64,000 nt of DNA. Origin: Thermoanaerobaculales bacterium. Lineage in GTDB: Bacteria; Acidobacteriota; Thermoanaerobaculia; Thermoanaerobaculales; Sulfomarinibacteraceae. The stretch covers positions 11,832-75,831 of the forward strand of contig JAZBOQ010000114.1 in assembly GCA_036351195.1 (NCBI GenBank), written 5' to 3'. The position numbers were made by a program, and so were the translations under genes. The notes beneath the pieces were generated by a model that saw only the letters and a list, made by a program, of their open reading frames with translations, ran no database searches and was not told the origin of the DNA. This document shows, piece after piece, positions 1 to 12,106 of this stretch (the first letter of the stretch is position 1; each line of letters starts with the position of its first letter).

Positions 1-800
1 CGGCGGGGTACGGAACCTCGCCCTACATGCTCTACTCCGGCTACGACGGCGACGGGGAGTTCTTCTACCTCATGGAGATCGCCTACGGCGGCATCCCCGG
101 CCGGCCCATCGGCGACGGGATGGACGGCCACTCGTGGTGGCCGCTGTTCGAGAACATCCCCACCGAATATCTCGAGTCGTACTATCCGATCCGGGTGGAC
201 GGCTACACCACGGTTCGGGACTCCGGCGGCGCAGGCCTCCACCGCGGCGGCAACGGCATCGAGAAACGCTATGTCTACCTCGAGCCGGGCGAAGTCTCGA
301 TCCACGACGACCGCTGGCTCACCTACCCGTGGGGCATCCTCGGCGGCACCCCGGGCCATCGCTCGGAGAAGATCCTCAAGCGCGCCGACGGCACCGAGCA
401 GCGGCTGCCCTCAAAGTGCGACGAGATCGAGGTCAAGCCCGGCGACGTGCTGATCTACCGCACCGCCGGCGGCGGCGGTTGGAAGGACCCGCTGGATCGC
501 GACCCAGCGCTCGTCGAGTCCGACGTGGCCAAGGACCTGATCTCCGCCGACAAGGCGAAGAACGAGTACGGCGTCATCGTCGGCGACGCGGCAGCCACCG
601 AGGCGCTGCGCGAGAAGATGCGCGCCGAGCGCGGCGAGGTCAAAGACTTCGACATGGGCCCGTCCCTCGACGAGATCCTCGCCAGGTGCGAAGAGGAGAC
701 CGGCCTTCCCGCCCCCGTCTACCAGGAGCCCCTGCCCTGGGCCAAGATGGAGAGCAACGAGGACGCCCTCAAGCGGGTCCGGGATCAGGACGACAGGTAG
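1..800 (+). CDS. Hydantoinase B / oxoprolinase family protein, C-terminal part (5' end outside window)
   Basis: ORF in the frame of 27..800 is open to the left window edge. Blocks GGAGLHRGGNG and RTAGGGGWKDP match HyuB/oxoprolinase-type proteins as I recall them. Followed by a hairpin plus T-tract. Confidence 0.8.
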   Translation, partial: AGYGTSPYMLYSGYDGDGEFFYLMEIAYGGIPGRPIGDGMDGHSWWPLFENIPTEYLESYYPIRVDGYTTVRDSGGAGLHRGGNGIEKRYVYLEPGEVSIHDDRWLTYPWGILGGTPGHRSEKILKRADGTEQRLPSKCDEIEVKPGDVLIYRTAGGGGWKDPLDRDPALVESDVAKDLISADKAKNEYGVIVGDAAATEALREKMRAERGEVKDFDMGPSLDEILARCEEETGLPAPVYQEPLPWAKMESNEDALKRVRDQDDR

Positions 801-823
801 CAGGCGTCCGCGTCAGAACACTG

Positions 824-853
824 CCGGCGGCCTTCGGGCCGCCGGTTCCTTTT
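824..853 (+). terminator. Rho-independent terminator candidate
   Basis: ccggcggcc-ttcg-ggccgccgg stem-loop followed by ttccttttgg, 24 nt after the stop at 800. Confidence 0.6.
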
Positions 854-1157
854 GGCTCGAGGGCTCGATTTCGGGCAGAGGAGCCTTCATGGCATCTCGC
901 GTGGCCGCAGGCGGCGCGTCCGGCGCGCCGTCAACCTCGTCGAAGAATTTCAAGGTGACGACGATTTAACCTTCATCGGAAATCGATTGTTGCGGAGGGC
1001 ACAGCCGACATCTCAGCCTCGCAGGTGCAGGTTCATCGGTCATTGATCCGGCGGGCCGCGTTTGGTAAGGTCGAGATCGAAGAGTCTCGCATTGGGTAGA
1101 TCAATTGGAGCGTAGGCATGCCTGCAGCACGCCGAACGCGAGCTTGAGGAGGAATGT

Positions 1158-1949
1158 ATGAGAGGGGAAGCGGTGCGTTGCATAGTTGTCTTATGCTTGG
1201 TGTTCGGTTTGGTTGGCGTGGTGTCTGCTGCGGAAAAACCACGGGTCGAGCTTGGCAGCGAGGCGCTGGTCCCGTTCCCGGGAGCGGGGAGCGTCGGCGA
1301 GGCCGTCCGAGTCATCGACTCCCACGGTTTCGAAGCTGCCGAGGGCTTCACTCTGGGGCCGCTGAACGGCCAAGTGGGTTGGACGACGTTTGCCGCGAAC
1401 CCGGATATCCCGATTGTCTGGAATACCAACCCGGCCACAGGCGCACAGCACATCGTCCTTTCCGGGGATCCCGCGGTCGGATCGGGGAATTACCTCGGGG
1501 GGTTCAGTCCGGATCTCGGCGCTGTGCCGGTCGACGTCGGCGAGGTGACGATCAACGTGTTCATCAGCGCTGCCGGCGGCGCCAACTATCTCGTCAACGC
1601 CCAATCGCCTTCGCAGAGTCTGACGACGTGGCGCGTCGAGTACGATTGGAATGGAAACATCTTCATTTCGGACGACGTCGGTTCCGGTTTCGAGATGGTG
1701 GATACGGGGGTCCCGTGGGTGCCGGGCGTGTATCACGCCCTGCGGGTCGTTATCGATCCGGTCGCGAACACCATCGACTACTTCATTGACGGTTCACCGT
1801 TGTATTCGGGAGTCGTGCCGGGAGGGACCGCGGTCGAGCAGGTTGTTCTGCTGCACGACAACTGGAATGTCGATGATTACGGCTTGTTCGACGACCTCTA
1901 CATCAACACCGAGTATCCTGTGAATTTGCAGAGCTTCTCGGTGGAGTAG
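1158..1949 (+). CDS. Secreted hypothetical protein (possible lectin / jelly-roll-like fold)
   Basis: GAGGAGGA Shine-Dalgarno upstream of the ATG. N-terminal signal peptide CIVVLCLVFGLVGVVSAAE. Coding-like composition. No motif I can name with certainty. Confidence 0.6.
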   Translation: MRGEAVRCIVVLCLVFGLVGVVSAAEKPRVELGSEALVPFPGAGSVGEAVRVIDSHGFEAAEGFTLGPLNGQVGWTTFAANPDIPIVWNTNPATGAQHIVLSGDPAVGSGNYLGGFSPDLGAVPVDVGEVTINVFISAAGGANYLVNAQSPSQSLTTWRVEYDWNGNIFISDDVGSGFEMVDTGVPWVPGVYHALRVVIDPVANTIDYFIDGSPLYSGVVPGGTAVEQVVLLHDNWNVDDYGLFDDLYINTEYPVNLQSFSVE

Positions 1950-1984
1950 AGGCCCGAACCGCAATCAACCGGCTTCGCCAGAAA

Positions 1985-2240
1985 GGGTGCGCCGCGACGT
2001 TGTCGTGATCCGTGACCTGTCCTCAGCTTCGGCCGGTCATTGGACCGCCGAGCTCCAGCTCGGCATTGCGTCGTGGTGGGGACCCGGTGCGTGGTCGCTT
2101 TCCCGGGCGTGCCCTGAACGCCGGCCTTCTGGTCATCCGCCGCTTGCCGGCGTCGTTGTCCAGCGTCGCCCGATCAGCGTGGTCATGTGAGGTACGAGGA
2201 CGAGGTGACCACGCTACTCGGGCGAGCGGCGGCCTGCCCA
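1985..2240 (-). repeat. Composite hairpin repeat, copy A (5'-truncated, inverted relative to copies B and C)
   Basis: Shares with 41343..41640 (reverse complement) the arms tcgcccgatcagcgtggtca / tgaccacgctactcgggcga (2166..2185 and 2206..2225), the block cgccggccttctgg, and the palindrome gccgagctccagctcggc (2047..2064). Confidence 0.75.
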
Positions 2241-2269
2241 ATGCGTCGGCGTCGGGCGGCGTGCTCACC

Positions 2270-2935
2270 GCGGACTTCGGATCCGGGTGGACCGACGAGA
2301 GCGGCTCCGCCCACACCGGCACCATGATCTTCGACCTGTCCGGTCTCGTGGTGGCGGCCTCGTCGATCTCGGGGACGATCTCCGAAAACCACATGGACCA
2401 CCTCATCGACGGCGAGGCTCCCGAGATCGGCTGGCTCGAGGCCGATCTCGATCTGGCTGTCGACCCGTAGGGCGAGGTCCAGGGCACCATCGACGTTGCT
2501 GGAGGCCCGCCCGCGGTCCACGGCAAGGTGCTGTCCGGCGCGACGATCGCCGGCAACATCGTCATCGACACCATTTTGTGCCGCTACTTCCCCACCGGCG
2601 GCGCGCGGCGGGTTCGGGATCTTCACCTTCCACTGGAGCTACAGCCGGGACCACGGCCTTCTCTACGGTTCAACGGACGGTGCCTCGTGGGAGCTCATCG
2701 CCGAGACCGAGCCGCCCGAGTACGGCGGCTGGAACCGCAACGGCAACAGCTTCGAGGTTCCCGAGAGCCTGCTCGGCGGCAGCGAGCTGTGGTTCAAGGC
2801 CGAACTGTACTCGTACGGCTCGTCGGCGCCCAACGGCGGCGGCTCGACCAACCCGGCACAGCTGGGACGGTACGAGATCGCCCGTGACCCGGTGACCGCG
2901 TGGTTCCAGGTCGATCTCGAGGGGCCGGCGGCCGC
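2270..2935 (+). pseudogene. Frameshifted hypothetical gene (three coding-like frame segments)
   Basis: Coding-like translation in one frame (FGSGWTDESGSAHTGTMIFDLSG...LAVDP, stop at 2470). It continues in a second frame (GEVQGTIDVAGGPPAVHGKVLSGATIAGNIVIDT) and then a third (FGIFTFHWSYSRDHGLLYGSTDGASWELIAE...WFQVDLEGP). No single intact ORF. Confidence 0.4.
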
Positions 2936-2984
2936 TGAGACCGGCCGGCTGGTCCGACCCGGGCGGGTGTGCCATGATCGGATC

Positions 2985-3488
2985 ATGGCCGTGATCATCA
3001 CGACCCCGCGGACCCGCCTGCGCGAGCTGACCGACGCCGATGCCGAGTTCGTGCTCGGTCTGGTCAACGAGCCTTCGTTTCTCGCCAACATCGGCGACAA
3101 GGGGGTGCGCACCCTCGAAGACGCGCGCGAGTTCATCGCCGACGGACCGTGGCGGCGCGGTCAGCCCGAGGGCCACGGGCAGTTCTTGGTCGAGCTCGAG
3201 CCCGACCGCACGCCTATCGGCGTGTGCGGCATCCTGTACCGCCCGGCCCTCGACGTCACCGACTTCGGCTGCGCCTTCCTCCCCGCCTACTGGCGGCAGG
3301 GCTTCGCCACCGAGACCATCGCGGCGGTCATTGAGTACGGGCGGTCGAGACTCGGCCTCGAGCGGATCGTCGGGCTGACCGCGCCGCACAACTCGGCGTC
3401 GCTCGGGATCCTCGCCAAGCTCGGCATGTCCTACGAACGCACCGTCAAGATGACGCCGGACGATCCGGGCACGCTGCTGTACTCGTGA
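2985..3488 (+). CDS. GNAT family N-acetyltransferase (RimJ/RimL-like)
   Basis: Internal ATG at 2985 of ORF 2496..3488. TPRTRLRELTDADAEFV start and YWRQGFATE / GLTAPHNSASLGILAKLGM blocks are typical of GNAT acetyltransferases. Confidence 0.75.
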   Translation: MAVIITTPRTRLRELTDADAEFVLGLVNEPSFLANIGDKGVRTLEDAREFIADGPWRRGQPEGHGQFLVELEPDRTPIGVCGILYRPALDVTDFGCAFLPAYWRQGFATETIAAVIEYGRSRLGLERIVGLTAPHNSASLGILAKLGMSYERTVKMTPDDPGTLLYS

Positions 3489-3771
3489 GCGTCGCCGCCG
3501 TCGCCCGCGGGACGCGGGCGCTACAAGACACCCGATCTCATTGAAGCCCAAGCGTCCCTCGGCCCCGGACATCGACAAAGAGGCCTGCCCGCCCCGGATG
3601 ACCCGACCCCGTCAACAACCTGTTCCATCGCCGCCCACGTGAACGCGGCCGCTTGAAGAAACCGGACTCCTTGTAGCACAGGCGTCCCCGCCTGCGATGG
3701 TGGGGGAGACCACTGCCCATCGCGGCACCATGTCCACCGACAGCTCAGCGTACCGACGCCGCGAGCCGACA

Positions 3772-6510
<2,739 letters not shown>

Positions 6511-6641
6511 ATCTCACAACATTGTTGCCTGGGGCTTTGTAGCGCCGAGCTCCAGCTCGGCGACGGGCTCCGTCATCGTTGTCGGACGCCGAGCTGGAGC
6601 TCGGCGCGACAAAGAAATTGCAGGCGACCGGCATCTCACAA
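6511..6641. mobile_element. MITE-like hairpin insertion flanked by 9-bp direct repeats ATCTCACAA
   Basis: ATCTCACAA at 6511..6519 and 6633..6641. Internal 28-nt inverted arms at 6535..6562 and 6587..6614 (27/28 complementary), each containing the palindrome gccgagctNNagctcggc. Confidence 0.6.
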
Positions 6642-7226
6642 GGCCGCCGAGCGGAGCGCCCGGTAGAGCCACGTCCGGGCCAGGCTCCACCCGCGCTTCA
6701 CCGTTGCCGAGGAGACGTCGAGCGCCTCGGCGGTCTCGTCCACCGTCAGCCCGCCGAAGCAGCGGCACTCGACGATCCGGGCGAGCCTCGGCTCGCGGTC
6801 CTCGAGCTCGGCGAGTGCCTCGTCGAGGGCGAGCAGCTCCTCCGAGCGTTCGGCCGACACCAGCATGGTCTCCTCGAACTCGGTTCGGCGCCGGCCGCCG
6901 CCCCGCTTCTGCCGATGGTGCCAGCGTGCGTTGTCGATGAGGATCGATCGCATGGCCTTCGACGCCAGGGCGTAGAACTGACGACGGTTGGCGAGGTCCG
7001 CCGGCGTCGAGTCCGCGAGCTTCAGATATGCCTCATGCACCAGGCTGGTGGTGCCCGGCGCTTCGACGCCGCTCCAGCGGAACCTGTTGGACCGCGCGAG
7101 CGCCTTGAGCTCGCCGTAGACCAGCGGCATGAGCTCGGACAGCACCGCGGCGCGGCCCTCGCCGCGCTCGTCGTCGAGCCGGCCGAGCAGGCGGGTGATC
7201 TCACCGAGATCCGTCACGCCGCCCAC
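6636..7226 (-). CDS. ECF-type RNA polymerase sigma factor (kinase-associated subgroup)
   Basis: ITRLL...VYGELKALA N-terminus, region-2 block LVHEAYLKL, and region-4 block GGLTVDETAEALDVSSATVKRGW. Sits directly upstream of the kinase on the same strand. Confidence 0.85.
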   Translation of the reverse strand: MGGVTDLGEITRLLGRLDDERGEGRAAVLSELMPLVYGELKALARSNRFRWSGVEAPGTTSLVHEAYLKLADSTPADLANRRQFYALASKAMRSILIDNARWHHRQKRGGGRRRTEFEETMLVSAERSEELLALDEALAELEDREPRLARIVECRCFGGLTVDETAEALDVSSATVKRGWSLARTWLYRALRSAAL

Positions 7227-7454
7227 CGCGTCGGGAGGGCTTTGAAAATCTCCACCGTCGAGCTCCCCATGTTCATCTCGGACGCCGACAGCGACACCTC
7301 TCGCCCCGTCGATGTCTCGTCTATCCCCAACAAAATGGTACCAGACGGCCGGCGTTGATCCGTATTCCGCCGCGATGTCGTCTGATTAGAAAATGGGCGG
7401 TTTTGCTCGACGAGTGGATGCCGCGTCCCCGTCATCGCTGGAAGGAGCTTGATC

Positions 7455-10400
7455 ATGCGTCGATCACCATTGTTCGCCGGAGCGCTCGTGTTTTTCTTCG
7501 TCGTGATTCGAGCCGCGGCTCCGGCGGTCGCCGGGGTCAGCTTCGGAGAGGTCGCCAAGCTGAACCCCTCGAATGCCGGTACAAACCACAAGTTCGGCAA
7601 TGCGGTCGCCATCGACGGCGACACCATGGTCGTCGGAGCGTTCACCGGCGAGGGGTCCGCAGCCCTCACCGGCGCCGCCTACGTGTTCTCTCGCAATCAG
7701 GGCGGCGCCGACAACTGGGATGAAGTCGTCAAGCTCACAGCCTCGGACGCGGATGTCTACCATTACTTCGGCCACTCGGTCGCCATCGACGGCGACACCA
7801 TCGTGGTCGGTGCGGTCAGTGCTCCCGGCATCGTCGCCAACGCGGGCGCGGCGTACGTCTTTCAGCGAAACCACGGCGGCCCGGACAACTGGGGCGAGGT
7901 GGCCAAGATCGTGGCCTCGGACGGCGTCGCCTCCGACTACTTCGGCCACTCGGTCGCGATCTCGGACGGCATTGTCGTTGTGGGGGCGAGGTACCACACC
8001 GCCGCAGCTTCCCAGTCGGGCGCAGCGTATGTCTTCGAGCGCAACCTCGGCGGGGCCGACAGCTGGGGTGAGCGCGCCAAGCTCACCGCGTCCGATGCCG
8101 CCTCGCAGAATGCGTTCGGCCATGCGGTGGCCATCGACGGCGACACCGTGGTGATCGGCGCCAACCAAGACAAGTCGGTCTACGTCTTCGATCGCAACCG
8201 GGGCGGCGCCGACAGCTGGGGCGAGGTGAAGATCCTGTCCGGCTCATCTGTGGGCGGGCTGTCGTTCGGGGTCTCGGTCGACCTCTCCGGCGACCTGATC
8301 GCGGTCGGGGGGTACAACGGCTCCGACATCGGAGCGACATGGGTCTTCGAGCGCAACCTCGGCGGTCCCGACAACTGGGGCGAGGTTGCGCGTGTCGCCG
8401 CCTCCGACGGCAGTCCGGCCGATACCTTCGGCATTTCCGTGTCCATCTCGCACGATCGGCTCCTTGTCGGAGCATCGAGAAACGACACAACCGCGACAGA
8501 TGCCGGTGCCGCATACCTTTTCGCGCGCAACGCGGGCGGCGCCGACAGCTGGGGGCACGTGCAAAGGATCGAAGCATCCGACATCGCCGACAGCGACTTC
8601 TTCGGCTACGCAGTTGCCCTCGATCGCTTGACCGCAGTGATTGGCGCCACACAGGATGACGACTTCGGTTCGTACTCCGGGTCGGTTTACGTCTTTGCCG
8701 GATGCGGTGGTTCGTCGGTCGAGTGGACCGAAACGGCGAAGACCGTCGCGTCAGACGGCTTCGCCGACCATCAGTACGCCAAAGACGTCGCGTTCGACGG
8801 CGACATCGCCGTCGTCGGCGCCAAGTACGACGACGACCTCGGCAGCGCGGCCGGCGCCGCCTACGTTTTGATGCGGAACCTCGGCGGCCCGGACAACTGG
8901 GGCGAGCTCAAGAAGATCTACGCATCCGACGGCTACCCAGACCAGTACTTCGGCCAACGAGTTGCCATGAGCCGCGACGTCGTCGTCATCGGGACCTACC
9001 AAGACGACGAGATTGGCGACAACTCCGGAGCAGTTTACGTGTATGAACGAAACCACGGAGGAGCCGACAACTGGGGCCAGGTCGCCAAGCTGACCGCCTC
9101 GGACGGCGTGGCCGGCGCCTGGTTCGGGTACTCGGTCGCCTTCGACGGCGACACCATCGTGGTCGGCGCCGTCTACGACACCGGCGGGATCGGAACCAAC
9201 GCCGGCGCCGCCTACGTCTTCGCCCGAAACCACGGCGGCGCGAACACCTGGGGTGAGGTCACGAAGCTGACCGCCTCAGATGGGTGGAGTTGGGACATGT
9301 TCGGGTTCGCGGTGGCGATCAGCGGTGACACGATTGCCGTGGGCGCGGGGCGGGAGACCACCGGGTCGGCGATCGAGTCGGGAGCCGCCTACGTCTTCGC
9401 CCGCAATCAGGGTGGCGCCGACAACTGGGGCGAGATCGCCAAGCTCAAGGCCTCCGATGCGGCGACCAACGATTATTTCGGCACGGCGCTCGATCTCTCC
9501 AACGACACGCTGCTGGTCGGCTCGAGCAGCGACGACGACGCGGGCTTCAGCTCCGGATCCGCCTACGTTTTCGAGCGGAATCACGGGGGCCAGGACTCCT
9601 GGGGAGAGGTCGCCAAGCTCACGGCCTCGGACGCCGCCGCCTACGATCTGTTCGCCTCGGCCGACGCGGTGGCCATCGACGGCGATGTCATTGTGATCGG
9701 CTGCTACAAGCACGAGCTCTTCGGGATCGCCTCCGGCTCCTTCTACGTCTACGAACGCAACAACGGCGGAGCGGACGCATGGGGAGAAACTGCCGTCATC
9801 GTCCCGTCGGACCAGTCCTACGCACAGAACTTCGGCAACGCGGTGGACCTGGTTGACGGCACCGTCATGGTTGGCGCGGTCTACGACGCGACCATGGGTT
9901 CGGTCTACTTCTTCAACGCCGGCTGCCCCGAGTTCGACTACGGCGACGCCCCCGACCCGGACTTCCCTACGCTCGCGGTCTCCGGTGGCGCCCGACACAA
10001 GCTCGGTGGGAACGTCTATCTCGGAGCGACCGTCGACATGGATCTCGACGGCCAACCGACCGCGAACGCCGACGGCGACGACACCGATGCCGGCGGCGAC
10101 GACGACGACGGCGTCACCTTCTCGTCGCTGGTGATGACCGGTGCCTCGGCCGATGTCGAGGTCGTCGCGTCGGACGCCTGTCTGCTGAACGCGTGGGTCG
10201 ACTTCAATGACGACGGTGATTGGGACGACGCGGGCGAGCAGATCTTCAGCGACGAGGCCCTGGTCACCGGCACCAACCCGCTCACCTTCTCGGTTCCTCC
10301 CGATCACCTACCCGGCGCGGATGTGGTGGCTCGGTTCCGAGTCAGCTCCGCCGGCGGAGTCGGTCCCGGAGGCGAGGCGGCCGACGGCGAGGTCGAGGAC

Positions 10401-11318
10401 CATGTGGTCCACATCGAGGCGGTCGACTTCGGCGACGCGCCGGATCCGACCTACCCGACCCTGCTCGCCTCCGACGGCGCCCGCCACCTGCTGGGCGGCT
10501 CGCTCTACCTCGGCTCGCTGGTCGACGCGGAGCCCGACGGCCTGCCGAGCTCGGGCTCCAACGGCGACGACCTCGACAACCTGGACGACGAGGACGGCTT
10601 CACCCTCGGCATGCTGCCCATCGGCGGACCGGCCTCCGGCACCATCACCGCCACCGAAGCCGGGCTCGTCGACGGCTGGATCGACTTCAACCTCGACGGC
10701 GACTGGGACGACGCCGGCGAGCAGATCTTCGCGAGCTACGCCGTGACCGCCGGCAGCAACTCCTTCTCGATCCCGGTCCCCGCCACCGCCGTTGCGGGAC
10801 ACACCGTAGCCCGCGTCCGGATCAGCAGCACGGGCGGTCTCTCGCCGACCGGGCTGGCCCCCGACGGCGAGGTCGAGGACTACGCCATCGAGATCGTCGA
10901 GGGCCCGGACCTCGAGATCGGGATGGCGCCCTCGGCGCCGTGGGTGCCCTCGGGCGACGCCCTGAGCTACACCGTCACCGTCACCAACAACGGGCCGCTC
11001 ACCGCGACGTCGGTGACGCTGACCGACGTGCTGCCCGCCGAGCTGAACTTCGTGTCCTCGACGCCGGGCTCGCCCGACTGCACCTTCGCCGGCGACACCC
11101 TAACCTGCGACCTCGGCACCATGGCGGCTCTCGACAGCGCCCAGGTCACCATCGAGACCGTCGTCGTCCACCCATCCTGGGGATCGTTCAGCAACACCGC
11201 CTCGGTCGCGGCGGCCGAGCTCGATCCGATCTCGGCCAACAACGCCGCCACCGTCGACACCCGCATCGCCCTCTTCGTCGACGGCTGGGAGAACGGCGAC
11301 CTGTCTGCGTGGGACTGA
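7455..11318 (+). CDS. Large secreted FG-GAP repeat protein with two GEVED-type modules and a DUF11-type repeat
   Basis: GAAGGAG Shine-Dalgarno 7 nt before the ATG at 7455 (the ORF track starts at TTG 7449). Signal peptide. 14 units of about 60 aa (GAAYVF.RN.GG.D.WGEV.KL.ASD...FG.SVAIDGDT.VVGA) across 7540..9925. Two modules of about 160 aa ending DGEVEDH / DGEVEDY (10386, 10866). DUF11-like LSYTVTVTNNGPLTATSVTLTDVLP. Confidence 0.85.
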   Translation: MRRSPLFAGALVFFFVVIRAAAPAVAGVSFGEVAKLNPSNAGTNHKFGNAVAIDGDTMVVGAFTGEGSAALTGAAYVFSRNQGGADNWDEVVKLTASDADVYHYFGHSVAIDGDTIVVGAVSAPGIVANAGAAYVFQRNHGGPDNWGEVAKIVASDGVASDYFGHSVAISDGIVVVGARYHTAAASQSGAAYVFERNLGGADSWGERAKLTASDAASQNAFGHAVAIDGDTVVIGANQDKSVYVFDRNRGGADSWGEVKILSGSSVGGLSFGVSVDLSGDLIAVGGYNGSDIGATWVFERNLGGPDNWGEVARVAASDGSPADTFGISVSISHDRLLVGASRNDTTATDAGAAYLFARNAGGADSWGHVQRIEASDIADSDFFGYAVALDRLTAVIGATQDDDFGSYSGSVYVFAGCGGSSVEWTETAKTVASDGFADHQYAKDVAFDGDIAVVGAKYDDDLGSAAGAAYVLMRNLGGPDNWGELKKIYASDGYPDQYFGQRVAMSRDVVVIGTYQDDEIGDNSGAVYVYERNHGGADNWGQVAKLTASDGVAGAWFGYSVAFDGDTIVVGAVYDTGGIGTNAGAAYVFARNHGGANTWGEVTKLTASDGWSWDMFGFAVAISGDTIAVGAGRETTGSAIESGAAYVFARNQGGADNWGEIAKLKASDAATNDYFGTALDLSNDTLLVGSSSDDDAGFSSGSAYVFERNHGGQDSWGEVAKLTASDAAAYDLFASADAVAIDGDVIVIGCYKHELFGIASGSFYVYERNNGGADAWGETAVIVPSDQSYAQNFGNAVDLVDGTVMVGAVYDATMGSVYFFNAGCPEFDYGDAPDPDFPTLAVSGGARHKLGGNVYLGATVDMDLDGQPTANADGDDTDAGGDDDDGVTFSSLVMTGASADVEVVASDACLLNAWVDFNDDGDWDDAGEQIFSDEALVTGTNPLTFSVPPDHLPGADVVARFRVSSAGGVGPGGEAADGEVEDHVVHIEAVDFGDAPDPTYPTLLASDGARHLLGGSLYLGSLVDAEPDGLPSSGSNGDDLDNLDDEDGFTLGMLPIGGPASGTITATEAGLVDGWIDFNLDGDWDDAGEQIFASYAVTAGSNSFSIPVPATAVAGHTVARVRISSTGGLSPTGLAPDGEVEDYAIEIVEGPDLEIGMAPSAPWVPSGDALSYTVTVTNNGPLTATSVTLTDVLPAELNFVSSTPGSPDCTFAGDTLTCDLGTMAALDSAQVTIETVVVHPSWGSFSNTASVAAAELDPISANNAATVDTRIALFVDGWENGDLSAWD

Positions 11319-11324
11319 AACCAT

Positions 11325-11360
11325 GGCGCACCGGTCCCCGGACCGGTGCGCCGCTTTTTT
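11325..11360 (+). terminator. Rho-independent terminator
   Basis: ggcgcaccggtc-cccg-gaccggtgcgcc perfect 12-bp stem followed by gctttttt. Confidence 0.8.
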
Positions 11361-11487
11361 CCCTTCGCCGCGGGTCGAGGCCGGCACCTCTTCATCGCGT
11401 GCCGGGCACCGCTTCAGGGTTGTCCGGAAGCGCCGGTGAAGACGCATTTCACCCAGCCCTGTCCGCTCTCGCTGACGCTGCCGCCGT

Positions 11488-12048
11488 CTACGAGCGCTTG
11501 AATGCACCCGGCAGGGCGAGGACGCCGGCGCCGAAGGCGAAGAGCTTGAGCATCGGCAGGATGAAGCACCAGCCGATGACGGGGAACCACGCCGACATCA
11601 CCGACACCGCGGTTCCTAGGGCCGTCTTCGTCATCCCGCCGAGATCCCGACCGTGCAGCGCCTCGAGCCGGTCGCCCACGGCGCTGAACGTGCCCGGAGC
11701 TCCGGCGAGGACGCCGATGGCGAACAGGACCCCCATGGCGATCATCGCCCCGAACATGCCGGGAATGATCTCGGTCTCGAGCAGCCGCCGGATGAAGGCC
11801 CTGGAGTAGAAGAACCACCCCATCCCACCGAGCACGCCGAAGCCGACGATGCCCACCGCCAAGGCCCGATAGGGCGTCTCCGCGAGAATGATCCGGCAGC
11901 GCTCGGTCTGGCCTCGGAAGACCGCCGCCAAGAGGGTCATCAGGGCGACGAAGAAGGTCAGACCGAAGACCAGGATCACCACCGCGAAGAGAATCTTGCC
12001 CACGGGGTCTTCCCGCGGGACGAGCACGGGCGAGGCGCCTGTCATCAT
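11488..12048 (-). CDS. Polytopic membrane protein, unknown function
   Basis: Several hydrophobic helices (ILFAVVILVFGLTFFVALMTLLAAVF, ALAVGIVGFGVLGGMGWFF, and others). Start placed at the internal MMTGASP; the ORF extends to 12117. Confidence 0.6.
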   Translation of the reverse strand: MMTGASPVLVPREDPVGKILFAVVILVFGLTFFVALMTLLAAVFRGQTERCRIILAETPYRALAVGIVGFGVLGGMGWFFYSRAFIRRLLETEIIPGMFGAMIAMGVLFAIGVLAGAPGTFSAVGDRLEALHGRDLGGMTKTALGTAVSVMSAWFPVIGWCFILPMLKLFAFGAGVLALPGAFKRS

Positions 12049-12106
12049 GTCTGCATTCCTTTGACGTCCGTCGGTTCGTGGGTGAATCGTGCACCGCGGC
12101 GAGCCC

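Noticed and set aside
2012-2470. ORF 2012..2470 taken as an intact gene starting at 2012.
   Set aside because: Its first ~70 codons are the translation of repeat copy A (they include the AELQLG-type palindrome artefact in another frame). Only the part after about 2270 looks coding, and it is frameshifted.
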